This document shows positions 56,468 through 64,000 of a stretch of DNA of 64,000 nucleotides, in pieces; positions within the stretch are counted from its first letter, which is position 1; the number at the start of each line of letters is the position of its first letter. The stretch is taken from positions 4,608,001 through 4,672,000 of the forward strand of contig OZ252100.1 of the NCBI GenBank assembly GCA_965248435.1, read 5' to 3'. The stretch is from Candidatus Latescibacterota bacterium (lineage in GTDB: Bacteria > Latescibacterota > UBA2968 > GCA-2709665). The notes beneath the pieces are model-generated. The model did no database searches and had not been told where the DNA came from. It saw only the letters and a list, made by a program, of their open reading frames with translations. Both the position numbers and the translations under genes were made by a program.

Positions 56468-56856
56468 ACCTCGCCATCGACACGAATCGTTATCGCGACT
56501 TTTGCGACAACGACCCGGTGGCGCTCGATTGCCTTCAGACGGCGGACCACATCACCCTGCCTTTTGTCTCGGTTGCGGAACTCCGGGCCGGATTCCTGTG
56601 CGGTACAAGAGCTCGAGAGAACGAGCAGGTTTTGACGCGGTTTTTGAATCGACCCCGTGTCTCCGGCCTCTTTCCTTCCGAGCGTACCGTTCGCCACTAC
56701 GCTCAACTTTTTTACCAGCTGCGCCAGCAGGGTACGCCCATCCCCACAAACGACATCTGGGTCGCTGCACTTGTGCTGGAAAATGACCTCGTGCTTTTTT
56801 CGCGGGATCGTCACTTCGATCATCTGCCTCAACTTTCGAGAGTGTCCGGTGTTTAG
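56464..56856 (+). CDS. vapC: PIN-domain toxin
   Basis: IDTN, AEL..G, PIPTNDIWVAA, SRDRHF. Confidence 0.9.
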   Translation: MNLAIDTNRYRDFCDNDPVALDCLQTADHITLPFVSVAELRAGFLCGTRARENEQVLTRFLNRPRVSGLFPSERTVRHYAQLFYQLRQQGTPIPTNDIWVAALVLENDLVLFSRDRHFDHLPQLSRVSGV

Positions 56857-56865
56857 GATCAAATA

Positions 56866-57591
56866 TTGCTGACAACACAGATGATCCTGTATGCAAGCGG
56901 TGTCATGTGGGTGGCCGCGAGCCTTCAGGGCGTGACCGGCTTCGGGTTCATGCTCCTTGCGATCCCCGGGCTGATCCTGTGGCTACCGGCACAGGTGGTA
57001 GTGCCGGCGTTGATCCTGGTATGGATCCCCCTCGGCACCGTGCAGGTCCTGCATCTTCGGAAGGATGTCGACTGGAAACTGCTGAGCCACCTCGTGCTGA
57101 GCGCAGTCGCTGGCCTTCCATTGGGGGCGGTCATCCTCCTGGAGACAGACAGGCTGTGGATGCAGCGTGGTATCGGCGCGATGATGGTGGTGATGGCATT
57201 ACTTCTGTTTGTGAATCCCGGGTCGCCTTTTCAACGTCGCCGGCTTGTGAGGACCGTTGCTGGCCTCATCTCCGGTGTGCTCGCGGCCAGTACTTCGGCT
57301 GCCGGCCCACCCGTAGCTTTTCTGGGGTTGAAACAGCGCTGGGAGACAAGCCTCTTCCGGGCGACGCTGCCGGCCTATTTCGTGGCGATCTCCTTGTGCT
57401 GCCTTCCGCTCCACTGGGAGATGGACCTGCTCGGTCGGCAAAGCGTTGAAGTCGCAGTGTCCGGTCTGCCCGGCGTGGCCGTCGGTTATCTGACAGGCAT
57501 TTGGCTCAAAGGACGAGTGCGTGGGGAAGGGTTTCGGTGGGTGGTTTTGGCCATGGTGATGGGAGGGGGGCTCGCTGCGGTGATCCTCTAG
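56866..57591 (+). CDS. TauE/SafE family membrane protein
   Basis: QGVTGFGF, GLISG....AGPP, FRATL; multiple transmembrane helices. Confidence 0.88.
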   Translation: MLTTQMILYASGVMWVAASLQGVTGFGFMLLAIPGLILWLPAQVVVPALILVWIPLGTVQVLHLRKDVDWKLLSHLVLSAVAGLPLGAVILLETDRLWMQRGIGAMMVVMALLLFVNPGSPFQRRRLVRTVAGLISGVLAASTSAAGPPVAFLGLKQRWETSLFRATLPAYFVAISLCCLPLHWEMDLLGRQSVEVAVSGLPGVAVGYLTGIWLKGRVRGEGFRWVVLAMVMGGGLAAVIL

Positions 57592-57790
57592 GGACGCGAG
57601 CCCGTGGATCGCAAAAAAAGTGGGTGACGGTTGGATCACTTCATTCTACTTGTGCAAAAGTGCCATTCTTGGTATCTTTAACTCGAAGAAAGGCTACATA
57701 GCAGGCGTATATGAGCCACTCGGTTATGCAAAGGGCTGTCGCCGAGTATGTTACGAACATGCGATGTCCGATGCCCTTTTAGGGATCGAA

Positions 57791-57988
57791 ATGAATCAGA
57801 ACTACAAACAGCCAAGTCGCAAAGAGGCCGAGCTGGCAGAGCGGAGGAAGCGAGGCAGGCTGATTACCCGGGCACGCAAGGGTGACGACAAGGCTCTGTC
57901 CGAACTGCGGAAGAAGCACAGCGTTACGAAGGTCTGGACGGACAAAGAGATCAAAGGGTACACCGATAACGGGTCGGAACAGGACTGA
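57791..57988 (+). CDS. small basic hypothetical protein
   Basis: MNQNYKQPSRKEAELAERRKRGRLITRARKGDDKAL...; coding-like composition; start uncertain. Confidence 0.5.
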   Translation: MNQNYKQPSRKEAELAERRKRGRLITRARKGDDKALSELRKKHSVTKVWTDKEIKGYTDNGSEQD

Positions 57989-58201
57989 AGATCAGCTGAA
58001 CTATGAAGACAGGAGCAATAGGGGCACGGCACACCGTGCCCCTATTTGCGTGTATGGACCATATCGGATTAAGGAAAAGAGCAGTGACGGTACCAAGCGC
58101 ACCCTTTAGAGTACCAATAGTGGCCGCCGCAGCCACACTTCTTCTTTGTTTACTTGATACCTGATCTCGTTCCTGTGAAACGTATCTCGTCGAAAGCGGG
58201 C

Positions 58202-59314
58202 TCAGGTCACCACGTATCGCGCGACCGCTTCACGGTCGAGTTCCACCCCCAGACCGGGCTTTTCGGGTGGGCGGACACCGCCGTCGCTCAAAAGCCACGG
58301 TTCGCCCATGATCAGGTCATCTGTCATCCAGTCGATCAGGGTTTGTGAAGGTCGTTCGAGGTCGGGGAAGGCCATTCCGAGGTGGCACATGGCGGCCCAG
58401 GAGATGCCCAGCTCCCACATAGAGCGCAGCCAGCAAGCCCGGCCCTGAGCGCTCACGGCCTTCATCAAATCGATGGTTCCCTGTATGCCGCCGGGCAGAT
58501 CGATGTCGGGGACGACGGCATCGATCTGGGGGTAGGGTTTTAGAGCGTCGAGATTGATGCAGTGGGTTGAGACAGGAACGTCGAACTCGGCGCGCAGTTG
58601 AGCCAGATCGGCCAGATCGGCCACAGGCTCCTCGATGTTGGCGAGACCCGCTTTCGCCACGCCGTCGAGCAAGCGTCTTGCTCCGTCCAGACTGAATCCC
58701 ATGTTGGCGTCGGCTGCGAGCGCGACGTCCGGACCCAGGGCATCGCGCAGGGCGCAGATGGTCGAAATATCGCAGTCCACAGAATGGCGTCCAACTTTGA
58801 ACTCGAACAGTGACGCGCCGGTTTCAGCAATGGATCGGGAGGCGATTTCGGCCATGATATCCGGCACCTCGGCCTCGGTGTGACCTTCATCGGGATCGAC
58901 GGTGTATGCGTAGGCTCCGAATGGGGCCCGCTCACGCACGGGGCCGCCGAGCAAGCGGAACAGGGGCAGATCGGCCTGCTTGCCGAGGAGATCCCAAAGC
59001 GCCAGTTCTATACCGGAAAATGCGCTTTGATCGAGCAGATGTTCGGGATGGCCGTAGTCCAGGTGGATTTGCAGGCAAAGGGCACGTGCCCTTTGCCGCT
59101 CCTCGACGGGCAGTCCGATCAGGGCGGGCGCAAAACGCTCATTTATGATGGCCGCGGCCCATACACCGCGCGTCTCTCCAAGACCGATCAGGCCTGTGTC
59201 GGTAGTGATCTCGACGATCGTACGTGATGCGTGGGTGGCCTTTCTAATAGACATCGTGCCAGTTCGCGTCCCCGGTACGCTCACCGGCGTGGCCTGGATC
59301 GACTCGATTTTCAT
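58202..59314 (-). CDS. enolase superfamily (mandelate racemase/glucarate dehydratase-like) enzyme
   Basis: G..GLGET, IELALWDLLGK..LP...LLGG, DANM, IEEP, PGLGVELD. Confidence 0.85.
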   Translation of the reverse strand: MKIESIQATPVSVPGTRTGTMSIRKATHASRTIVEITTDTGLIGLGETRGVWAAAIINERFAPALIGLPVEERQRARALCLQIHLDYGHPEHLLDQSAFSGIELALWDLLGKQADLPLFRLLGGPVRERAPFGAYAYTVDPDEGHTEAEVPDIMAEIASRSIAETGASLFEFKVGRHSVDCDISTICALRDALGPDVALAADANMGFSLDGARRLLDGVAKAGLANIEEPVADLADLAQLRAEFDVPVSTHCINLDALKPYPQIDAVVPDIDLPGGIQGTIDLMKAVSAQGRACWLRSMWELGISWAAMCHLGMAFPDLERPSQTLIDWMTDDLIMGEPWLLSDGGVRPPEKPGLGVELDREAVARYVVT

Positions 59315-59461
59315 TCCTGAGTCCTTTCGCGATCCTGTTTTGAACGCCTGAATCGATCGCCGAAGGAAGACCCTGTTGCGCGGGAACAGATTCGCGCAAC
59401 AGGAGCTGTCCGATAAGCCACATCATTTATGAAGTGATTGGATTGGGGCGATCCTTGCGAT

Positions 59462-60517
59462 CTACAGACTCTCCAGAAAGCCCCACAGCTCGTCGAATCG
59501 TTCGCCGACGATCGGTTTGTGCCGGAGGATAGAGTCGGTGTCCCTTTCGGCCATAAACTGAGGCGTGAACTCCAGCCCCTTCTTCAGTTCCTCGCGAGAC
59601 AGGCCCATTTCCGATGGGCGAATCCGGACCTTGCATTTCTTCATTCGATCAGTGAGTTTCTCCAGTCCGATTCCTGCCTGCCAGGCGATCATTACCGCGC
59701 CCAGGGCGACTAGTTCTCCGTGTATCCATGCGCGATCGTTGATCTGCTCCAGGGCCAGCCAGAAGGGGTGATCTCCGCTCTTGACCTGCAGCTTCTGACT
59801 GTCGCGCTGCTGCAGCGAGGTCATGATGTGCTTGACGCTGTCCGCGGTCAGTTCCCCCTGTGTGTCGAGCGTCGGAACAAACCCGTTGACCAGCCCATCG
59901 TAGTATGTCTCCAAACCGGCGATCGTGGACGCGTCGACCGGTTCTCCGGTGCCCTGCTGTACCTTCCATTCCGCTTCGATGATCCCGGCGCCGGTGCAAA
60001 GGATGTCGCCGATCCCGGCGGTGTTGAAGTAATAGGGCGCGGCCAGCACTGTCTCATAGTCGATCAGGACGTGGTCGCAGTCGACCCAACACCAGTCGTC
60101 CACATCACCGATGAGTTTCCGACCATCCCATTTGGCGACCTGACCCCGCACGATTGCCCCGGTGGAGACGATGGTTGGTACGAGGATCAGAGGCAGGCCT
60201 TTGTGGATCGCGGCGTATTTCGAGTTATCGAGTGCCCGGCCGCCTCCCAGACCGACGACGAGCTCGATGTCGTCGGGCAATTGCTCAGCCAGGTCTCGCT
60301 GGTGCTGCGAATCCAGCCAGTCGGCGTAGACCACGCCCTCGGGATCCCGGGCGAGCGCCGGACGTGCTGTCTTTATCGCACTGGCAGTGGTGACGATGCC
60401 GTAGCGAGGCCAACCCTCGCTTTCACGCTTCAGCAATTCGCTTCCGAACCGGATTTCTATTTCAGTACCTGGTTTTGCGCGGGAGCCCTGATCCCAACCG
60501 CGAGCTGATAGCGCCAT
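59462..60517 (-). CDS. glycerol-1-phosphate dehydrogenase / iron-containing ADH family protein
   Basis: GLGGG..LDNSKY, VPT..STG, AGIGD, SGDH, HGELVALG. Confidence 0.8.
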   Translation of the reverse strand: MALSARGWDQGSRAKPGTEIEIRFGSELLKRESEGWPRYGIVTTASAIKTARPALARDPEGVVYADWLDSQHQRDLAEQLPDDIELVVGLGGGRALDNSKYAAIHKGLPLILVPTIVSTGAIVRGQVAKWDGRKLIGDVDDWCWVDCDHVLIDYETVLAAPYYFNTAGIGDILCTGAGIIEAEWKVQQGTGEPVDASTIAGLETYYDGLVNGFVPTLDTQGELTADSVKHIMTSLQQRDSQKLQVKSGDHPFWLALEQINDRAWIHGELVALGAVMIAWQAGIGLEKLTDRMKKCKVRIRPSEMGLSREELKKGLEFTPQFMAERDTDSILRHKPIVGERFDELWGFLESL

Positions 60518-60545
60518 GTTAGCCCTCCCAAAGAAAAGTTATCTA

Positions 60546-60678
60546 GGACCGCGGACCACGGCCGTGACGTAGAAAGAAGCTATCCGTGACCGCAGACGAC
60601 GGACCACAGACGGCCAAAAAACATTAGATATCACGCTATTCATCCTGCGGTCTGCGGTCCGCTGTCTGTCGTCTGCCT
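60546..60678 (-). repeat. ~130-bp dispersed MITE/REP-like element, copy 2
   Basis: Reverse complement matches 7335-7460. Confidence 0.75.
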
Positions 60679-60890
60679 TGAGGCGGTCTGCCTCCGCAAT
60701 ATGGGCAGAAGCACATCCGGAGACAAGAAGAGATCAGTGGCGCCCACGTTCTAACATGTGTCGATTCTCCATTCCTGGCCGGCTGGTAATCGAACTTTGT
60801 CTTTGAAGCAGATTGCGTATTTTTTAGGTGTTGGATAAAGGACGGATCATACCGCTTTTGCCAGAGAGGTCCTCTTTCGTGTCGAACAGG

Positions 60891-63800
60891 ATGCTCAGAA
60901 AATTGCTCTTTATCTCGGTGATCGGCCTGCCGAGCGCCACAGCCGCGGACACGCTGGGAGATATGGCCGACATCCAGACGGTGGCAGACTGGCTGATCGA
61001 CCAGCAGTACACCGATTCTGCTCACCCTGGCTACGGTGCTATCAAGATCCACCACGATCCTGGCCATATCGATACGGTGGCAGCCCAGAGCTACTGGCAC
61101 GTCGTGCCCTACTTCTCGAACCTGGCTGTGACCGGGCTGCTTCAGTCTCCGGTTTCTGACAAGCTGGAGGTGGCTGAGCGGTGGATCGACTGGTATTTAG
61201 ACCACCTCGACCCGAGTAGTACGCCTTCCGGCGTCGTCCTGGACCACTGGTACCTCAGCGACGGATCGGGAGAGACGACCTGTCCCACGGGGATCGATTC
61301 GCTCTTGTGCGACTATGACGACGCATCGGACAGCTACGCGGCAACCTTTCTCGGCGCGGCGCGCGTCTATTACGAGGAAGGCGGAAACACCGCCTTCCTG
61401 AATGCCGCTGGCAACAAAGAGAAGTTCGAGACGATCGCAGATCTGATTCTGGCTCTCCAAGAACCGGATGGGCTGACCTGGGCTAAGGATTCGTATCACG
61501 TCAAGTTCTTGATGGACAACAGCGAGGTCTACTGGGGGCTCAAATCGATGGCGGTGTTGGAGGCGGAGGTGTTCGGAGACCCTACTGCGGCCAAGACCTA
61601 CGATGTGGCGGCCGATTCGGTGCGGAGCGCTATTTTACAACTGCTCTACAATCCGGACAGCTCGCGCTACCGCACGGCAAAACTGAATGACGATAGCTTT
61701 CAGGAGGCCAATCTGGATGTCTGGTATCCTGGCCGAACCGACACGACCGGCTTTACCCTGCATCTGGTCTGGCCCCACCTCTTTGGGATTGAACCGGCCG
61801 GCTCTGCGAGGACGCTCTCACAGATGGCAGAATTGAACGCAAGCTGGGATGGATCACCCAACCCGGACTGGACGAGCGCGTTCGTAAAACCTCCACCGGA
61901 CGAATTCCCGTTTCACTCTGTCGGGCACGCCTCCTTGCTTGCGGGGGACGAGACTCGAGCGGTGAGTCACGCCGATTTTGTGAAAAGCGAGAAGTTCCCG
62001 ATTGTGGGTGACGACTTTGCGTGGCCCTTCACGGTCTACGATGCGGGCTGGCTTTTGCGGACCTGGAGTGCCTCACGTGAGCTTTCCCTGTCATCCAATG
62101 CGATCGATTTTGGAGATGTCGAGGTGGGACAGTCCGTCCAGCAGACGATCCAGATCAAGAATACGAACTTCCGGCTGTTTACCGTCTCTGGAGTATCCGA
62201 TGACTCAGATCAGTTCAGTTTTTCGCCCACGGTGCCCCCAGACCTCACCCTCTATGCCGGGGACAGCGCGGCGGCGACCGTGACTTTTGCACCGACCCTG
62301 GGAGGAGACAAGGAAGGGACGATCACGATCACACACGATGCGGAAGGTGGGACGACTCAGATTTTTCTTTTCGGCTCCGGGATCGATACAACGCCGCCCG
62401 CTGCTCCAACAGGTCTGACTGCCATACTGGGCAATCACCAGGTAGATCTGTCGTGGACGGTCAACACCGAACTGGACTACTCATACACGACCGTCTACCG
62501 GAGCGAGACCGAGTCGGCACTTGGGGACTCGGTGGCGAGGGTGGAAAAGCCGGATTCGACGTTCTCGGATACCGGCCTGGTCGCAGGGACCTACACCTAT
62601 CGGCTCAAGGCGGTGGACGGTACTGGCAATCCGAGCGAGGCGTCCAGCGAGCTGTCGGTCACGCTCGCTCAGGGCTACAGCCAGTCGACACAGTCCCTGT
62701 CATTTGGAGAGGTGGATGTCGCTTCATCGACGACTTTGACGTTCACCGTTTCCAACACAGGTCAGACCGATCTGACCGTATCGGATATGATGGTGGACGG
62801 GTCGGACGGAACGCATTTCACGGCGGGCCCGACCTCCTTTTCGATCCCTTCGGGTGGAGATTCGCAGGATGTGACCGTAACATTTACTCCGAGCGGATCG
62901 GGAGCCATCTCTGCCGTCCTTTCTGTCGTCCACGATGCAGAGGGAAGTCCTGCCGAGGTGTCGTTGAGCGGGACGGGCGTTCAGGCGGTGATCGAAGTCA
63001 CCCCAGCGCCGCTGGCGTTCGGAACGGTTGGGATAGGAGAAACGCTGGAACTGGACCTGTCCATCTCGAACGCGGGAAACAAGACGCTGCTCATCAACAC
63101 GGTCGCCATCGCGGGAACGGACGCCTCCGAGTTCCCCCTGGTCACCGTCCACGCGATCCCCTTTCTAGCCGTTCCGGCAAACGCGCACGGGTCGATTACC
63201 GTGCCGTTTGTGCCTGCGACGTTCGGGGCGAAGTCGGCGGTGCTGACCCTGACGCACAACCACACGCCGACCGGAACGACGACGGAGGTTTCCCTCACCG
63301 GAGAAGGGGCTGTGGTTACCAGCGTCCCTGAGATCACGTTCCTCCCATCGGTTCTGGATCTTGGGGATGGAGTAGGACCGGGAGATTCGGTGGAAGCGAC
63401 GCTGGTCGTTTCGAACCCTGGCGATCGGACCCTGGTTGTCTCAGGGGTCGGTTCCGTTTTTGGGGGTGAGTCGGTGGCTACAGTTACGCCCGACGCGTTC
63501 GAACTGGCGCCGGGAGACAGCATATCGCTCCTCGTTCGGTTCAGTCCGCACGCCCCGGGTGCGTATGCCGACGCGCTGATTTTCGAGACGAACATCGAGC
63601 TTGAGGATCCATCCGTTCCAAGGCCGACCGTTTCGCTCAGTGGGCTGGTGAACGGGCCGGACATTCAGGTGGTGCCTCAGCGTCTCACATTCGAGAGCCA
63701 GGGGATCGGCCTCCCTGACACGCAGCAGGTGGGGATTTCGAACGTTGGCAACGACACGCTGCGGATCGCCGGATTGACGCTGAGCGATTCGGTCCGCTTT

Positions 63801-64000
63801 CGCGCAAGTGCCGACACGTTGATTCTGCCCGAAGGCGAGACGCGCGAGTTGAACGTGGTCTACACGCCGGACAGCACCCGGGCGCGTGTGGAAACGCTGG
63901 AAATCGAGAGCGATGATTTTACCGAGGGGTTGCTCGTCGTCACTCTGGAGGCACTTGAGGTCCCAAAAGACATCGGTGCCGCCCGCTTGAGCCTGGACCG
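60891..64000 (+). CDS. large secreted protein, partial: helical-barrel enzyme-like domain + FN3 + multiple ASH/choice-of-anchor-D Ig domains
   Basis: Missing from the ORF track, consistent with no stop in the window; signal peptide MLRKLLFISVIGL..AA; PYFSNLA, DDASDSYAATFL, FLMDNSEVY; repeated FG.V..G....N.G..L.V..F.P..G..H..L.G.G modules; PAAPTGL FN3. Confidence 0.85.
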   Translation, partial: MLRKLLFISVIGLPSATAADTLGDMADIQTVADWLIDQQYTDSAHPGYGAIKIHHDPGHIDTVAAQSYWHVVPYFSNLAVTGLLQSPVSDKLEVAERWIDWYLDHLDPSSTPSGVVLDHWYLSDGSGETTCPTGIDSLLCDYDDASDSYAATFLGAARVYYEEGGNTAFLNAAGNKEKFETIADLILALQEPDGLTWAKDSYHVKFLMDNSEVYWGLKSMAVLEAEVFGDPTAAKTYDVAADSVRSAILQLLYNPDSSRYRTAKLNDDSFQEANLDVWYPGRTDTTGFTLHLVWPHLFGIEPAGSARTLSQMAELNASWDGSPNPDWTSAFVKPPPDEFPFHSVGHASLLAGDETRAVSHADFVKSEKFPIVGDDFAWPFTVYDAGWLLRTWSASRELSLSSNAIDFGDVEVGQSVQQTIQIKNTNFRLFTVSGVSDDSDQFSFSPTVPPDLTLYAGDSAAATVTFAPTLGGDKEGTITITHDAEGGTTQIFLFGSGIDTTPPAAPTGLTAILGNHQVDLSWTVNTELDYSYTTVYRSETESALGDSVARVEKPDSTFSDTGLVAGTYTYRLKAVDGTGNPSEASSELSVTLAQGYSQSTQSLSFGEVDVASSTTLTFTVSNTGQTDLTVSDMMVDGSDGTHFTAGPTSFSIPSGGDSQDVTVTFTPSGSGAISAVLSVVHDAEGSPAEVSLSGTGVQAVIEVTPAPLAFGTVGIGETLELDLSISNAGNKTLLINTVAIAGTDASEFPLVTVHAIPFLAVPANAHGSITVPFVPATFGAKSAVLTLTHNHTPTGTTTEVSLTGEGAVVTSVPEITFLPSVLDLGDGVGPGDSVEATLVVSNPGDRTLVVSGVGSVFGGESVATVTPDAFELAPGDSISLLVRFSPHAPGAYADALIFETNIELEDPSVPRPTVSLSGLVNGPDIQVVPQRLTFESQGIGLPDTQQVGISNVGNDTLRIAGLTLSDSVRFRASADTLILPEGETRELNVVYTPDSTRARVETLEIESDDFTEGLLVVTLEALEVPKDIGAARLSLD

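Noticed and set aside
62453-63664. ORFs 62453-63331 (+) and 62981-63664 (-)
   Set aside because: Alternative frames of the large secreted protein gene

Overview
GC-rich bacterial chromosome segment. The REP style, sugar-catabolic gene content and ASH-domain surface protein are reminiscent of Latescibacterota-like uncultured lineages, but that is inference only. 1-16.0 kb is housekeeping and catabolic backbone: a short RelA/SpoT, DnaQ-DinG, a Zn-dehydrogenase, NodB deacetylase, KduD-like SDR, queA, an amidohydrolase, ispDF, dedA, ddl and cysS, with many REP-like and short-tandem-repeat elements between genes. tRNA-Thr(UGU) at 16032 is the entry point of a ~26-kb genomic island bounded by a ~1.43-kb direct repeat (tRNA 3' half plus tyrosine integrase; the two integrase copies carry complementary lesions). 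The island also contains tRNA-Val and tRNA-Ala att relics. Its cargo is almost purely signalling: CHASE-PAS kinase/NarL pair, pseudo-receiver, NMT1-REC chimera, YfiR(DUF4154)-hybrid kinase, ammonium-transporter-hybrid kinase, an AT-richer TonB receptor plus 5'-nucleotidase-C lipoprotein pair, REC kinases and a FapA/DUF342 protein. Right of the island lies an intact tyrosine recombinase plus IS91 (HUH-Y2) transposase whose right end runs into an attC-like hairpin, followed by a GNAT gene cassette with its own attC and perfectly complementary 10-bp cassette ends. This integron-like capture unit, with no canonical IntI in the window, is the strongest candidate for an undescribed system. The rest is catabolic genes, a leaderless VapBC-like TA pair and the start of a very large secreted protein. 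All calls are by eye from motifs; no searches were run.
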